A DNA stretch of 64,000 bases from Felis catus (taxonomy: Eukaryota). Shown piece after piece: positions 37,882-51,450 of the stretch. The notes under the pieces are model-generated. The model did no database searches and had not been told where the DNA came from. It was given only the letters and a program-made list of their open reading frames with translations. Every line of letters starts with the position of its first letter. The first letter of the stretch is position 1. The stretch covers positions 170,626,001 to 170,690,000 of the forward strand of contig NC_058368.1 in the NCBI RefSeq assembly GCF_018350175.1, read 5' to 3'. The position numbers were made by a program, and so were the translations under genes.

Positions 37882-40476
37882 GTAAGGCGGGGGGCGCCCT
37901 GGACGTGGTGGAGCCGCGCGTCCTGCGCGCGAGCTCGGGCTTCTGGGGAAGCCCGCGGCGCGCTCCGGGGGCTGTCCCTTTCTTTCGGAGGGACAGCTCC
38001 CGAAGACGCGGGATCCAGCCTCCCTGCCCTTTGATTTCTCCCCGCCTAGTGTCTAGGAGAGAGCTAAGCACGTTCCAGTTGGAGTCGGGTCTCTCTCGGA
38101 GCGCCCAGGCCGGTGCAGCTGCAAGCAGCAGCCTCTCTCCCGCCCTCTCTCCCTCCTCCTCGCCGGCTGCCACTTGCCTTGGGTGACAGCTCCCACCACA
38201 CGTGGGCCCTCCTTTCCCGATTGGTGTCTTCGCTCACGATTATAGCTTGCCAGAGGGTCTTGTTTGTCGAGTTATTTTTTTGGGGTAGGGGCGGAGGGTG
38301 CGCCTCCAAACCGTGACAGAATTATTAAATTAGATTCTTCCTCCTTCTTCTCATCCAACTCTCCAAAGCAAGTGGCACTAGAAATTAAACTTAAATACTA
38401 GCTTCCCTGCAGAGTCTGCTCAGGAGTGAAGGGGGGAATGAATCATTTCAGAGAGTTGAAGGCAGAATAATGAACTAGTGTGGCTTTAAAGAAAAAGCAG
38501 CACATGAGGTCCAGGCAGTGGTAATTAGAAGAGTTCTGCTGCTCTTTCATGCTGGAGTGATTTATTTAAATTATGTATGCAGAAAGCCATCTCTCTGGGG
38601 TTGCAGAAATGTCCCTCATCCCTCCTCTGAAGATCCAAACAGGTAGAAAGCGGTTGGCCGATGTGAAGATGCCATATGTTCTCACGTTTTTATCCACTGG
38701 AAATTGTTTTTTTTTTTTTTTACCCCCTTCTCTTCCTTTTTCCTTCTTGCCTTTCTGTTATCCATAGGTAAGAATTCTTCTCAACACTCATTTTAGATCC
38801 AGGCCTTTTATGATAGCGAATCTGAAAATGTAATTTCAATGTTGACAAGTTGAAGCTTCTGTATTTAATACTTCTCTGCAATTTCATTTTCTACTCTCTT
38901 TTTGTTGGAAAGAGTTTAGCTAAGAGCCCCCCCCCCCCCAATTTTTTTAATGCAATTGGAGACCACAGTGCAGGATTATGGATGTTGGTACTTGGTGGGA
39001 ATGTGTAAGGATTACCTACCCTGCCCCCCCTCCATTTGCCACTACTATTAATGGCTCGTGGAATACAGAAGGTGTGCAAGGAAGGCAAAACTTCAGAATG
39101 AAAATTTAATTGTCATTGTTTAAAAATGTTCTAAAATACTTGCACATTGAACAGTATGTATATAAATAGCCTACTTTGATCAAAATTTTCATTGTTCATC
39201 TGAAGATGTGCTGTTGTGTGCATTCATTAGTAGGTTGGAAGTGAAGTGTCTCCTTTCAGTTTTGAATCTTACAATTGTGTGGTGAGCTGCAGTGGAGCAG
39301 TGTAAATTTCTGATTTAAGAGATAATCTACTTACAATTGTTTACGTGGTGTTTTAGAAACTGCCACCTCGTAGAGGAAGTGCCTCCTGGTGCTAAAGGGA
39401 CTGCCCCACCACCAAATCTAACTGCTTTCTGAGTAAATTTACCCCAGAGGCCTCTAATTGATTCGGACTCATCAGTAGCACATGATGTCTTTATGAATAG
39501 GGTTTGCTATCAGGAAACTCAAGAAATTTCCTTAATTTGAGGAATGGAAAAGTGGTTAGAAAAAAGAAATAAACTGCCAATTGTACCTGTCTATGGGATG
39601 GTAGACTTCATAGGGAAAACCTAAGGAACTTGAAGTTTATTTAAAAAAAAAAAAAAGCTTTGTGCTATAATTGCAGTAAAATTTGCAACACAAATATAAA
39701 TCATTTATATATTGCTAAGATTCTCACTCTGCAAAGTTGTTTGATTACCTTGAAAATCACAGAATTAAAATATTTTGAGACATCTAAAAATTCTTTCTCT
39801 TGCTGCTTTTCGGTAGTCATGTGTATTGGGTAAGTTCTCTGTAGCTGGCAGTATGGGCAAGGTGCATGCTTATTCCATTTGGCTGAGACTTTGAGAAATG
39901 TCACTTAATGATCAAAGTTATTTTTTTCGACAAGATAAACCTAAACCTTAAAGCAACTAATGTTACAGATATAATTACTAAGAATCTATATAGCCAGAGA
40001 ATGCAAAGAATTATAATTGTAGGTATTGACTGACAAAAGTCCTCTTTCTTCCTCCACTCATGATAAAGTTGAGACTCAGTTGGTTTTAAGCCTTTACTCT
40101 CTTAACTCCCAGTCTTGGGCCAAATCTGCCTGACCTCGGTGATTCTAAGGCCAAAATAGTTAATTCATTAGTAACACAGTTGTCATTATGATGCTAGGGG
40201 AATAATGATCTTGGTGTTGTGGGGCGCCATTGTGGTTAGTTCCAGGGTGTAGACAGTCTCCACTAGATTAAGTTCATTTGTAAGCAGTCATTCCTCTGTT
40301 ACAATTATCTGTTGCAAGCTGGTGAGTCCTGAATTAAGATTAGACATGTGACTATTAGGGAAACACACCCTTGAGGATATATTTGGAAATTTTAGGGAGC
40401 TCAATAAAAGCTAGTTGAAGCCTCTGGATAGTGCTGGCAGCACTGTTTCACAGGTAGCCCAAGGCCATGTGATAGC

Positions 40477-40576
40477 TATTTTATTTTATTTTATTTTATT
40501 TTATTTTATTTTATTTTATTTTATTTTATTTTATTATTTTATTTTATTTTATTATTTTATTTTATTTTATTTTATT
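40477..40576. repeat. (ATTTT)n microsatellite
   Basis: Direct observation. Confidence 0.95.
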
Positions 40577-42329
40577 CTCTCTCTAATATATACAGATATA
40601 TATGGATAAGGGTGAGGAGTAGGGGTAAGAAGGATTATTTAAGAGTATCAGGCAAACTAATTTAATTTTTCTAAAATCACAGTTGAAAATACTGCTTTGT
40701 TTATAGAGTTTGTTAAAAAGTTTACAAAAACCTTGATGACCCAACACATTCAGTTCTGCTCATAAATATAAGTTGGCCATGATCCTTTTTAGGGCTCCCT
40801 ATCCTAGAGAGCAGTTGGTCCTTTGCCCAGTGATTTGAGAAATTGGCATTTTAAAAGCTTTTCTATGGGAGAAAAGAGCCTGCCTCTCTCCAGATTCTGT
40901 CCAGTGGTTTGGCGCATGGAGGGACAGGATTTGGCCTGGGCTGCCCTGTGGTGGGGATTTGGCCTTGTGCATCCAAACCCATGTCCTGTTTTTAGTTATT
41001 TCCCACCTTGTGTTTCTCTCTGTAACAAGAGACTGAAAGAATGTTTGTAGCAAAACTAGATGTATCCCCATACACAAAAGTTTAGGGAAACCAAATGAAA
41101 CATAATTAGTACAAAAGAAGAGTGTGTTAAATTATTTTGGGATAAATTTTTTAAAAATTTCCATTCTACTTAACTATAGTTTCTTTAGACTAGTGAATTT
41201 CAATTCCCGCCCCCTCCTCCCCCCACCAAAACTGCTGTTCAGTTTAAGAGAGTACATTTATATGGCAACCGAGTTAAAGCAGAGTTTTATAGGATCCTTT
41301 GCAATATATATTATTGCTTAGGAACCAAACAGATAGTGAGATATAGGTATGTATAGAATAGAAAGTATGTGTGTATAGAATGGAAACAAGTTTCAGAAAA
41401 CAATGTATATTCTTGTTACCAACAATGTAGTCTAATATTTCCTATTCTATGCTGTTTGATTTTATTCTATTTCATTAAAAAATATTGGCTGAATCCACAT
41501 GATTTCACATCTCACTAATGGATTGTGACTCAGTGTGAAAATGCTGTTTTAGGCCATAAATCTGTGTATGCCAGTTTAAAACATGAGGAAGACTCCTTTT
41601 GAAAAATGCCCTGCAGACCAACTAGTAACACTGTGTGGTCTCCATTTGCACATCTCTATAGAGAAGAGTTCTGTCTTTGTCTGCAGGTCCTCATTGGGTT
41701 TTCCCTTCCAAATATTTTGGAAAAACTCTAATGTCTCCCCAAGATATGCTGGGTGCACTATACTTTGAAATAACTGTGGGTGGGGGGTGGGGGGTGGGGG
41801 CAGGAGGCTAGGCCAGGAACACTGTCACTGTATAGGGGAGGAATTCAAAGGCCTAAACACTTGTGTATTCCACTTGGTAACACTTAACCCTGGCCCTGGG
41901 TAATAGCCAGCTGATACTTCCTGTAAGGAAACATGGAAAGTATGCATTTTCTAACAAAAGCATTCTAACCAGTGCTCCTGGCTGGTGAGGAACCAGATCC
42001 TCTCTTTCCCTTTCTCTCTCTTTGTTCGAGGCCCTTCCTGAGCCATTTTTAGCGAGTACTTCTCATACCCTTGGTTTTCCCCCCGCAGTGTCCTTTAGGA
42101 CCCCACAGCAGATCCAGAATGTACTGCTGGTTACGGATCTCTTGCTACCCACACTGTGCTTAATGTCTTAAGCTCTTTTGGGGATCTGACTAGAAATTAA
42201 AAATATAACTGTTCAGTCCCTCTGTTGTTCTCTGTGCTTCCAATTCTTTTCTCATGCAGTTGACTCAGGAGCATGGTGAGGGGCGAGATTGCAAGTGGGA
42301 GAGTAGAAAGCTGGGCTGCACATGTTTGA

Positions 42330-42460
42330 ACACTGACTATAAGCTCCCAGAAGGTAGTCTGTGGATTTGGCTGCCTCACTGTCATGTGCTCAGTGCCCAG
42401 CACAGTGCTCATTACTCAGCAGGTGCTCAACAAATGATTTTAGAGGGAGTGAGTGAATGA
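42330..42460 (+). mobile_element. L2 3' end
   Basis: cagtgcccagcacagtgc...aggtgctcaacaaatg...gagtgaatga. Confidence 0.6.
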
Positions 42461-43784
42461 TAATGAATTGGGCCAGGCACAGGGTACATGACCCTAGGGA
42501 AAGGGAAATCTGGTAGCTTGTTTATCTTGTCCCTAAAATTTGTGCAACCATAATCTCACTGTGTGCTGGTTTTCTTTCTTCACAGTGGGAGTCCTGATAA
42601 CTGTCACCTCTGTAGCTTGTAGGTGTTGAAAATAATGCTGCTTTTCTGTTGGCAGAGAGCTTTGTGGCTCTGAAATGAAAGGGATTCAGTTTCACCTTCA
42701 CTATCATTTTACCACAGGCATCTCAGAATTAGGAGTTAAATCAACTTGAATGTAAAGGCATAAAATGCCTACAAGGTATTCTAACCACTAAAGTTAATAC
42801 ATAGTAAATGCTAAATTTGGAAATATAGTCATTGTAAAGAGCCTCAAAATTAAACGACGACTATGATAGGGTCATTACTTTAAGAATACACTAGTTTTCC
42901 ATGTTTAAATACAGTTACAGAGTAAAAATAACTCCTAATTTGAAAAAAAAAATAAGTCACAGGTGCTATTTACTGCTAAACTGTTCTAGGGAACTTTACT
43001 TGAGAAAAAAAGAGAGACAGAAAGAGAAACAAAACACTAACCACAAAATAGCTTCAAAGAACTTTCTTGTAAACACTTTACACTCAGAATAAATGTCTGT
43101 ATTATGTGTTTGCAGTAATACATTTGAGAATAAAGTGCCAAATGATAGTTATTTCAATTGCTAGTTGTTTTATGTCAATGTTTTTTGTTTGTTTTGGTTT
43201 GGTTTTTTGTCTAGCTTAAAAAGTAGTTCTTTAAAAAAAAAAAAAAAAAGGTCTGCTTAGACTCCCTTTTGGGAAAGCTAACATAGCTAATATATCCAAT
43301 AAAAAATTGAATTTTTTAAATTTCAAGGTCAGGTTTATTCTGCAAAATATATTTGAGTCCCTGAACCATATAAATCAGGCCAAAGAATAACTTTAAGTGA
43401 AATCATGAAATTAATAGCTAGCTAGAATCAAGGTTTTACTCAAATTAGTGTAGTCTTTTTTTTTTTTTCTCTTGGGTAAGGGTCATCTGAAAATCTCATA
43501 ATTCCTGTGGCTTAATGAGGAAGTTAGATCTACATATTGAGAGTATACTGTTAGCACATAAAGGATGTGGACTCTCCAATAAAGTCCATCTTTAAATTCT
43601 GAGTGCTAATTGGGGGCAGTGGGTGTATGGATGATATAAAACTGAAAGGTTTGGGTGGGAGATTTTCCTCAGTAATCTTACCAATGGCAAAGAGCATATA
43701 AGGTAAGGAGCAGTGCTGAACACAGGGTGATTTATAACAATTGACAAAGGATAGTACATGTAGAACTTTCTCTTTTCTCTTAGA

Positions 43785-43975
43785 GCAGGATTTCTTGACC
43801 TTGGCACCATAGGCTGTTGGGGCCAGATAATTCTTTCTGTGGGGGCTCTCCTTGCACTGTAGGATGTTTAATAGTATCCCTAGTCTCTACCTACTAGATG
43901 ACAAAAGCAACCCTCCCTCGTAACCCCCAAGATATGACAAGTAAATATATCTCTAGATATATTAAGAACCACTGT
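43785..43975. mobile_element. MER20 (hAT-Charlie)
   Basis: caggatttcttgaccttggcacc...gggccagataattcttt...gcactgtaggatgttta...agaaccactg. Confidence 0.8.
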
Positions 43976-44022
43976 TTCAGAAGCTTGAAGAAGCACTTTT
44001 CTGTTAAGAACCACTGTTTCAG

Positions 44023-44237
44023 GGGGCGCCTGGGTGGCGCAGTCGGTTAGGCGTCCGACTTCAGCCAGGTCACGATCTCGCGGTCCGCGAGTTTGAGCCC
44101 CGCGTCGGGCTCTGGGCTGATGGCTCAGAGCCTGGAGCCTGTTTCCGATTCTGTGTCTCCCTCTCTCTCTGCCCCTCCCCTGTTCATGCTGTGTCTCTCT
44201 CTGTCTCAAAAATAAATAAAAAAAACGTTAAAAAAAA
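44023..44237 (+). mobile_element. Young SINEC_Fc
   Basis: CpG-rich; perfect TSD aagaaccactgtttcag. Confidence 0.96.
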
Positions 44238-45564
44238 AAGAACCACTGTTTCAGAAGCTTGAAGCTAGTCTCTTACGTGAGTTTCTTTAGTTATGTAGAA
44301 GGTTAACAAGGAGGCTGGTGGATTGAAATCTTTTGACTTTATTGAGTATCTGCCACAACCAAATGTTTCTCCCATTTCTATGTAATACCATTAAGATTTT
44401 TGTCATATGTGCTTATCACCTGTGCTATAATTTGCTTAATATTTTTTTGTCTAAAAATTAACCTAAATTTACTAATTGAGAGTACTTATTTTCATTAAAT
44501 TGAAATTAAATTTCATTAAGTTGTATTCATGCCATAAATAGAAGCAAATTATAAAAATGAATTGCAATAAAAACAAAGCAGTTTTATTAAACTGGGGCTA
44601 CAACTGTTTTTTTGCAAAAGGCTCCAAGCCTTAGGATTGTTCTCTCTTTGTTAAAAAGGGAGATTATCAAAGATTAGCAGTGGTAAAACCACAGTAGCAC
44701 AAATTGAGGATTTCTTTGTGATGCAATCAGAAAAATGGAAAAAACAGTTGAAAAGAGAATGAGGTTCTCATTTTTTTATTCTTTGCTATTTAATTCGATG
44801 CCTTTGTGCCACCTAAAGACCTGTCTGTTACAGCTCTCACCTTTTGCATAACTATGAACTAGGCAATGTATGTTGGTAGTGTGTGTGGCAGGGCAAGGGG
44901 GCTGGGTTATGAATGAATACGATGAGCAGAACACTATACATTAGCTTCCAGATGTGTAGTTTACAGCAATAAATTTAATCTGAGATAAATAAGTAAAACT
45001 ATATGAGATAGGGATCAGACAATCTCCGCAGTCTAAAGATGGAGTGATTAATTCCTACGGGGAGGGGGGAGGGTTGCGGTGTCTTCATGCAAGGGGGTGA
45101 ACCTTGAAATTCAGCAGGATTTTAACAGAGCTTTGGTGAAGGGCATACCAGGTAAAAAGTACATTCTAAGGAAAGGCAAAAACTGGCAGAAAAATGCAGG
45201 GTACACATTTTATTTTGCAAACTTTATAAAACATGACTACTGTCATGAAAGATAAAGTTGGGAAGGTAAGTTGATGTCAGGCCAAAGAGAGCCTGTAAAA
45301 AAAAACATGACTGTGTCTTTATCAATTGAAAACCAAAATTGCAGATAAAGAGAAAGTGAACATTATGAGAACAAAAGGTGGCCATATAAGTAGCTGTATC
45401 TTGGGTTATGTTGTGGGACTAGAACTTGCCATTAACGCGTGGTAAGAGGGAAGGAGGGATGGAGAGAAGGAGGGAGGGAAGGAAGGGAGAGAGACACCCA
45501 CAACCTGGGATGAGATAAGAAAGGGGAAGTGTAGGATGGAAGTAATTGAGATCAATTACCTAGA

Positions 45565-45890
45565 GCTAATAAAGAGCCCCATAAAGGGACAGACAGTTAA
45601 TATTTAAGGCTTGGTGGACCATACGGTCTCTGTGGCAATTCAACTCTGTGATGGCTGAGTGAAAACAGCCATAGACAACACAGAAACAGGTGCACATGGT
45701 GATGTTCCAATAAAACTCTATTTATGACAATGAAATTTGAATTTCATATAATTTTCACAGCACAAAATGTTATTCTTCTGATTTCTAAAATCCATTAAAA
45801 CATGTAAAAACTATTTTTACCTTGCAGACTGTACAGAAACAAGTGACTGCCATATTAGGCTCTTGGCCTGTGATTTGCTGAACTCTGACC
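45565..45890. mobile_element. MER58B-like (hAT-Charlie)
   Basis: catacggtctctgt...gcagccatagac-like motif...gttccaataaaact...gaaatttgaatttcatata. Confidence 0.75.
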
Positions 45891-46282
45891 TAGAACAGTT
45901 AAGTTACAATCCTACTCCTCTCAGTAACCAGAAAATTTCAGGTTAAAATGATATGAAGAATTCATTTATTCAAGAAACTACCTTGAATTTCCCTTTCACT
46001 TTGAAAATGTCAACTTGATCTTAGTTTTTCAAGTGGGCACAAGTATTAAATGCAGACTCCTCCTTTTTTTTACATCTGTTGAAACTGGAACAGTTAACAG
46101 TTTTTACACATGTGGCAAGTTGGCTAGTTCCATTCATCATTTATGCCTTTGAAAATCAGTGTTCACATCCAGAGATTATTTCTTGGAGGATAATTTATTT
46201 CACATTTCATAATGAAATAGATTTCATGTTGCTCTTTCTTCTATTGTATTTGAAGTGACAGTGCATTACAAAATAATATGCT

Positions 46283-46495
46283 GGGACACCTGGGTGACTC
46301 TGTCGGTTAAGTGGCAACTCTTGATTTTGGCTCAGGTCATGATCTCATGGATTGTGGGATCAAGCCCTGTATTGGGCTCTGTGCTGACAGCACAGAGCCT
46401 GCTTGAGATTCTCTCTCTCTCCCTCTCTCTCTCTGCCCCTCTCATGCTCTCTCTCAAAATAAGTAAAACACAAAAAAATAAAAAAAGTAAAAAAA
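46283..46495 (+). mobile_element. Can-SINE
   Basis: TSD aatatgct. Confidence 0.9.
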
Positions 46496-47024
46496 AAATA
46501 TGCTAAATAAACTGTTGATAAAAGATTTGCCCCTCACTAGTAAAGTGTAATTAATGAATTTCTCTGTTGACTAATATATTATCTGCATATTGAATAATCC
46601 TTCTATGTGCCATGCATAAATCTCAGGTAGACTAATTAATGTCCTTTAAATTGAGACTCTGTTTAAATAAACAATCTTTTGAAAAAATAGAATTTTTCTT
46701 TTTTCTTTTGAGTAGACTTAAGAGCTAAACAAAAGCGGTCACTTATATTTTGAGTAAAATGGGATGCCCACATAGAGGGTGTGCTACAAGAAAGTATTAG
46801 AGAATCTATTTCTAAATTTTGCTTTTAATTTTTGCTTTTAGATATCTTAAAAAGCACATTACAGATGGGTTCAGTAGTACATGTATATCATCTGTGAGTA
46901 CATAAATATACATAACTTGGGAGCATGTTCTTACAAACATCTTCTTGGATGATTATTAGATCAAAGAATGGTAGTTGTAAGTGGATACTAAATCAGTTTC
47001 TTTACTTATATTTAAATAACGTTC

Positions 47025-47252
47025 GGGGCGCCTGGGTGGCGCAGTCGGTTAAGCGTCCGACTTCAGCCAGGTCACGATCTCGCGGTCCGTGAGTTCGAGC
47101 CCCGCGTCGGGCTCTGGGCTGATGGCTCGGAGCCTGGAGCCTGTTTCCGATTCTGTGTCTCCCTCTCTCTCTGCCCCTCCCCCGTTCAAGCTCTGTCTCT
47201 CTCTGTCCCAAAAATAAATAAACGTTGAAAAAAAAAATTAAAAAAAAAAAAA
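47025..47252 (+). mobile_element. Young SINEC_Fc
   Basis: CpGs intact, long A tail, perfect TSD taaataacgttc. Confidence 0.96.
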
Positions 47253-49099
47253 TAAATAACGTTCTACTTTATGAACATGACTTTAAAGCAGATATATAGA
47301 TAAAAATGCAAACAAAAAAGAAAACATGTGGCAAGATGTGTCTTTATGCAGAAAGAGGAAGTGGGTACATATAGGCACTTGTTATGCATTTTAAGACTAT
47401 CTGATAAGAGGTTTTGATAAGAACTTACTGCATTTGTAACTAAAGAAGTCATATAGCAGAGAAGAGAAAAAGAATACAGCTTGCCCATCAAGCAGAGGGT
47501 TGAATGAATTTTGCTTTTCCTTACTGTCAAGCACCAAATTCATATTATTTGCAAGAACCTCAATTTTAATACACCTGTCTTCCTTCATGGTATATTTTAC
47601 AACTGCTGTCGTAGGCAGCTGAGTGTTTGGTGGTCAGTGCTTGAAGAGTTGTGGTCATTAGGGCTCAGATATTGAGTTTAACCCTGTTAACAAATGCATT
47701 ATCATTACTTAATTACTTCTTAAGTCATACTTCAGGGTCATATGGTTGAAAAATTTACCAGGTGCAAAAATACAGAATATTTCTTAAAAGATAAAAAAGG
47801 CTAGACTTGAACAACCCTCTGATTAAAATGGCCTTCTAGAAAGGTAATGGACATGACATGTTTTTAACTGTTCTATTAGTTTGCAGTAGCATTCTTTGCT
47901 AAAAGTGTACTTTCTTTAACTTATGTCATGCTTGTAGACAGAACTTGACTAGTATTACAAACCAGAACAAAGAAGAGTAGGAAAGGGATTGCAAACCTGT
48001 AACTGTGATCACACATTTATTGCCATCTACAGTGCAGCATTTGAATGATTTCTCCCTACTTCAAGTCCTTATGGACTGCTTAAGAGGGACCTTTGCTTGC
48101 ATTTTCTCCTTCATTGCACTTTTTTTTTTTATCTTGGTGTGCCTGACTGTACTGTCTTGAATAGTTAGTGACTATTTTAACTAAGTGACAACCTTCCATC
48201 TGAGGCTCTAACAGACGTACAAAGTTGTTCCTTGGGTGTGACAGCTAGTCAGTCCAAGGTTAATCTTTGACAGGATTTAAGTGTACTATTATCTATTCAT
48301 TCAAGTGAATCTTGTATTTTTCCCCAAAACTCCCTGTTAAGGTAACCACTGAGAAAATAAGACTGTATTATTAAATGTGACCAAATTCAAAATATGTAAT
48401 TCAATAAGTCAGCCTGGCCTAAAGTGTTCAATCATAATAGGCCTCTGAAGATTTCTTGTGTGAGCGGAAACATTTTTAGTGTCTCCACTAAAGGACTCTG
48501 AGTCCTTCCTCTCCTTTTCCCCTGAACATGAACATGTAAGCTAATAATATTCAATGAGGTAAACACTTGAGAAGCTCTCCTGAGTGTAACCTGTAGCTAG
48601 AAGCAAACTAAAACCATAATAAACAGAGCTTTTCATGTGTGTGTATGACACATTAGTTAAATAGAGAGCTGAGGAAAGTATCAGAATAATCTACAGCAAA
48701 CCAGTACAGTTCTTCCAAATCTTGAGATACTGAGGAAATGGAATGACAGGATTGTGCAGAAGACCCCAGGGAGCAATTGAGGTTCCGGCCCAGGCCAGGA
48801 GGGGGCAGCAGAGCACCAGTCCGGGTTTGAGCAGGCGCCTAGGCAGTGGAGGGGAGTGAGTGAGTGAGTGAGTTATCCTCCCGGGGAACCATAACCCAAG
48901 GGGAGAGGTGGGCAAGGCAGCTACTTAGGGCGGCTTCCACGCTGGACAGCAAGCAGGCCATTCTGAACAGTTGAGTCAGTGAGGTGAAGGAGGACTGCTG
49001 AGTAAGGCAGCCACTAAGAGAAGACATGAAACTAGATGGTGCAGGATGTGGGCAGGAAAACAGGCAGGAGCAAATTGCTACTTGATGGCTGTGTCCCTT

Positions 49100-49600
49100 T
49101 AGGCATAACACTGAACTTCACTTAGCCTTCAGTGTAAAATGAAGGTCATGATGTTATATCCTCCCCAAGGTTGCTATGATGATGAAATGAGATCATGTAT
49201 GCAAAAACTCTGCTCTGAAGCTGGCACATGTGCTTAATAGCATTCCCCAGACAGGACACAAGTTGAGAGTAGGGGATAATGATTCCAAATTAGGTATCTG
49301 TAAGGATAAACACCATAGTCTAGCTTTTAGCAGTCTGACCCCAACTTGCCTGCCAGTCTCATTCCACACCGCTTCCTTTTCTAATTATCGGCGCAGAGTG
49401 TTTGGTGTTTGTGGTTTACTGTCTTAGGTATCTTGCTAATTATTTCAGTAATACAACAAGATGAGCACACCGGCACGGTTTTTTCAGATGAGGAACCTGA
49501 GGCTCAGAATGTTCAAGCAGCTTGTCCAAGCTCATGCAGCTGGGGAGGGGAATCAAACACAGGTTTGTCAGACTCAGGTGTTTGTTCTCTTTCCACTATG
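49100..49600. mobile_element. MIR fragments (plus at about 49100-49240, minus at about 49480-49600)
   Basis: tgtaaaatgaagg...atgaaatgagatcatgtatg; cagatgaggaacctgaggctcaga. Confidence 0.6.
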
Positions 49601-49769
49601 CCTGTCTTGGCCTCAAGGACCCCATAAATCTCTGTGGACCCCTTTATATTTCTGTGGTGTTGTGCATGAAACTTTCTTTTGTTAAATGCCCTGAAATATC
49701 CTTCTGATCCCTGCAGGACAGTCATTCTACCCCAGGGAGCAGGTTTCTTCTACCTCCCTGCTCTGATAT

Positions 49770-49992
49770 TATTTAAAAAAATTTTTTAAGTTTATTTATT
49801 TATTTTGAGAGAGACAGAGAGACAGAGAGTGAGCAGGGGAGGGGCAGAGAGAGAGAGAGAGAGGATACCAAGCAGGCTCAAGCTGTCAGCACAGAATCTG
49901 ATGCGGGGCTCAAACTCATGAACCATGAGATCATGACCTGAGCTGAAACCAAGAGTTGGACACTTAACCAACTGAGCCACCCAGGTGCTCCT
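49770..49992 (-). mobile_element. Can-SINE
   Basis: Reverse-complement body. Confidence 0.92.
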
Positions 49993-50088
49993 GCACTCAT
50001 ATCTTTTATATATTTATTGCCTGATAGGTAAATGCTGTGTGGTCTTCATTACCAGAGCCTCTGTGCCTTGGGCAGAGGAAGCCTGTAT

Positions 50089-50254
50089 CTTTTTTTTTTA
50101 ATATATGAAATTTATTGTCAAATTGGTTTCCATACATCACCCAGTGCTCATCCCAACAGGTGCCCTCCTCAATACCCATCACCCACCCTCCCCTCCCTCC
50201 CACTGCCCATCAGCCCTCAGTTTGTTCTCAGTTTTTAAGAGTCTCTTATGCTTT
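50089..50254 (-). mobile_element. Young felid L1 3' stub
   Basis: Nearly identical to 27684-27858; TSD aggaa(g/c)cct(g/a)tatctt. Confidence 0.88.
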
Positions 50255-50499
50255 AGGAACCCTATATCTTATTCATCTTTTATCTCCACTACTAAGTCAG
50301 TTCTTTCTTCATCGGCTTACTACCTGCTCCCCCATGAGTGTTTCATAAATGTTTGAGGAATAGTGAGTGAATCATAAATATTGGAGGAGTTAGGTGAATA
50401 GCAGAAGAACAAGCAGCACTTAAATTTCTCTTTCTTCAGGATGTTTGTCCTTTGAAACCCTCTGCTAAACCAGTACACTGTGAAATTATTCAATGCCTG

Positions 50500-50628
50500 T
50501 GTCCCTCTCTTTAGAGTGTAAACTGTTGTAGGCTGGGTCTCTGTCCCCTCACACACTGCTGTGTCCTCAGCACTTAGTGCAATGTCTGACACATAGTAAG
50601 CACTCAGTAAATACTTGTTGGGTGAGTC
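50500..50628 (+). mobile_element. L2 3' end
   Basis: gtctgacacatagtaagcactcagtaaatacttgttg. Confidence 0.65.
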
Positions 50629-51450
50629 AATTGCACCACTGCGGCTTCTGCAATGGAAAGTCCTTTTGAACCCAAGGACTGATGGAATAGTGTGACCTTC
50701 TGTGATTAGACCATTTACCTCTAAGGTCCCTTACAGCCACAAGCATCTGCGCATCTGTGTTTTCTTCCAGTTGAATTCTCTGGATGATTGCTTTAGATCC
50801 TTACTATGTGTTCAGGAGACAGAGAAGGTTTGGGAGTTATGTAGGGCTCTGAGCTCCAAAGTCTTTGTAAATGTGTCAGAAGATCCTTGGATAATTTCTG
50901 TTCTTTTTCTGTGCTTTTCAAATGCCTCCTCTTGTTAGAAACATGTACTTACTGTTATGTTTGCTCATTTTTACTTCCATTAGTAGACCATACAGATGCT
51001 GACATTTGTGATATCTAGGACAGGGTTTAGCAGAAAGGGATATTTCCTAGCTTTTCCCACTCTGCTGGTTTTGTTTTTGAAAGGAATCATTCTTTTTAAA
51101 AAGCTTGACTTATGACCTGTTTGTGTCTGCATAATAATCTATTATCAGTGTCCTGTAACATAGTCTTATAACATGGGCCCTGCCTGAGCCAGGAGGAAAA
51201 GGAAGAGCTAAGGAGGGGATTGTGAAGGAGATAAGAATGTAAATGTTCTTCTCTGTGTCTGTCTTTATTTAGAAGTGTTATTTTAAAATCATGTATTGAG
51301 ATATCTAATTGGAAGTTATGTTGAGAAATTATAATCAGAAATACAAATAATTTCTCAACATAACTTCCAATTAGGGTCATTAACTTTACATTCATGATTT
51401 GTATCAGTGTTGAAACAATTATTCTGGAAAATTTGTATGTCTCCATCTCT

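Larger units (their letters stand above)
36900..38320. promoter_or_regulatory. CpG island / CAMK4 promoter
   Basis: Abrupt GC- and CpG-rich block in an AT-rich background. Contains GGC repeats and GC-box-like motifs and spans exon 1. Confidence 0.93.

Noticed and set aside
37100..38173. 357-aa minus-strand ORF and other long overlapping ORFs in the CpG island
   Set aside because: Low-complexity Ala/Arg/Pro/Gly translations are expected from stop-poor GC-rich DNA; no recognisable domain.
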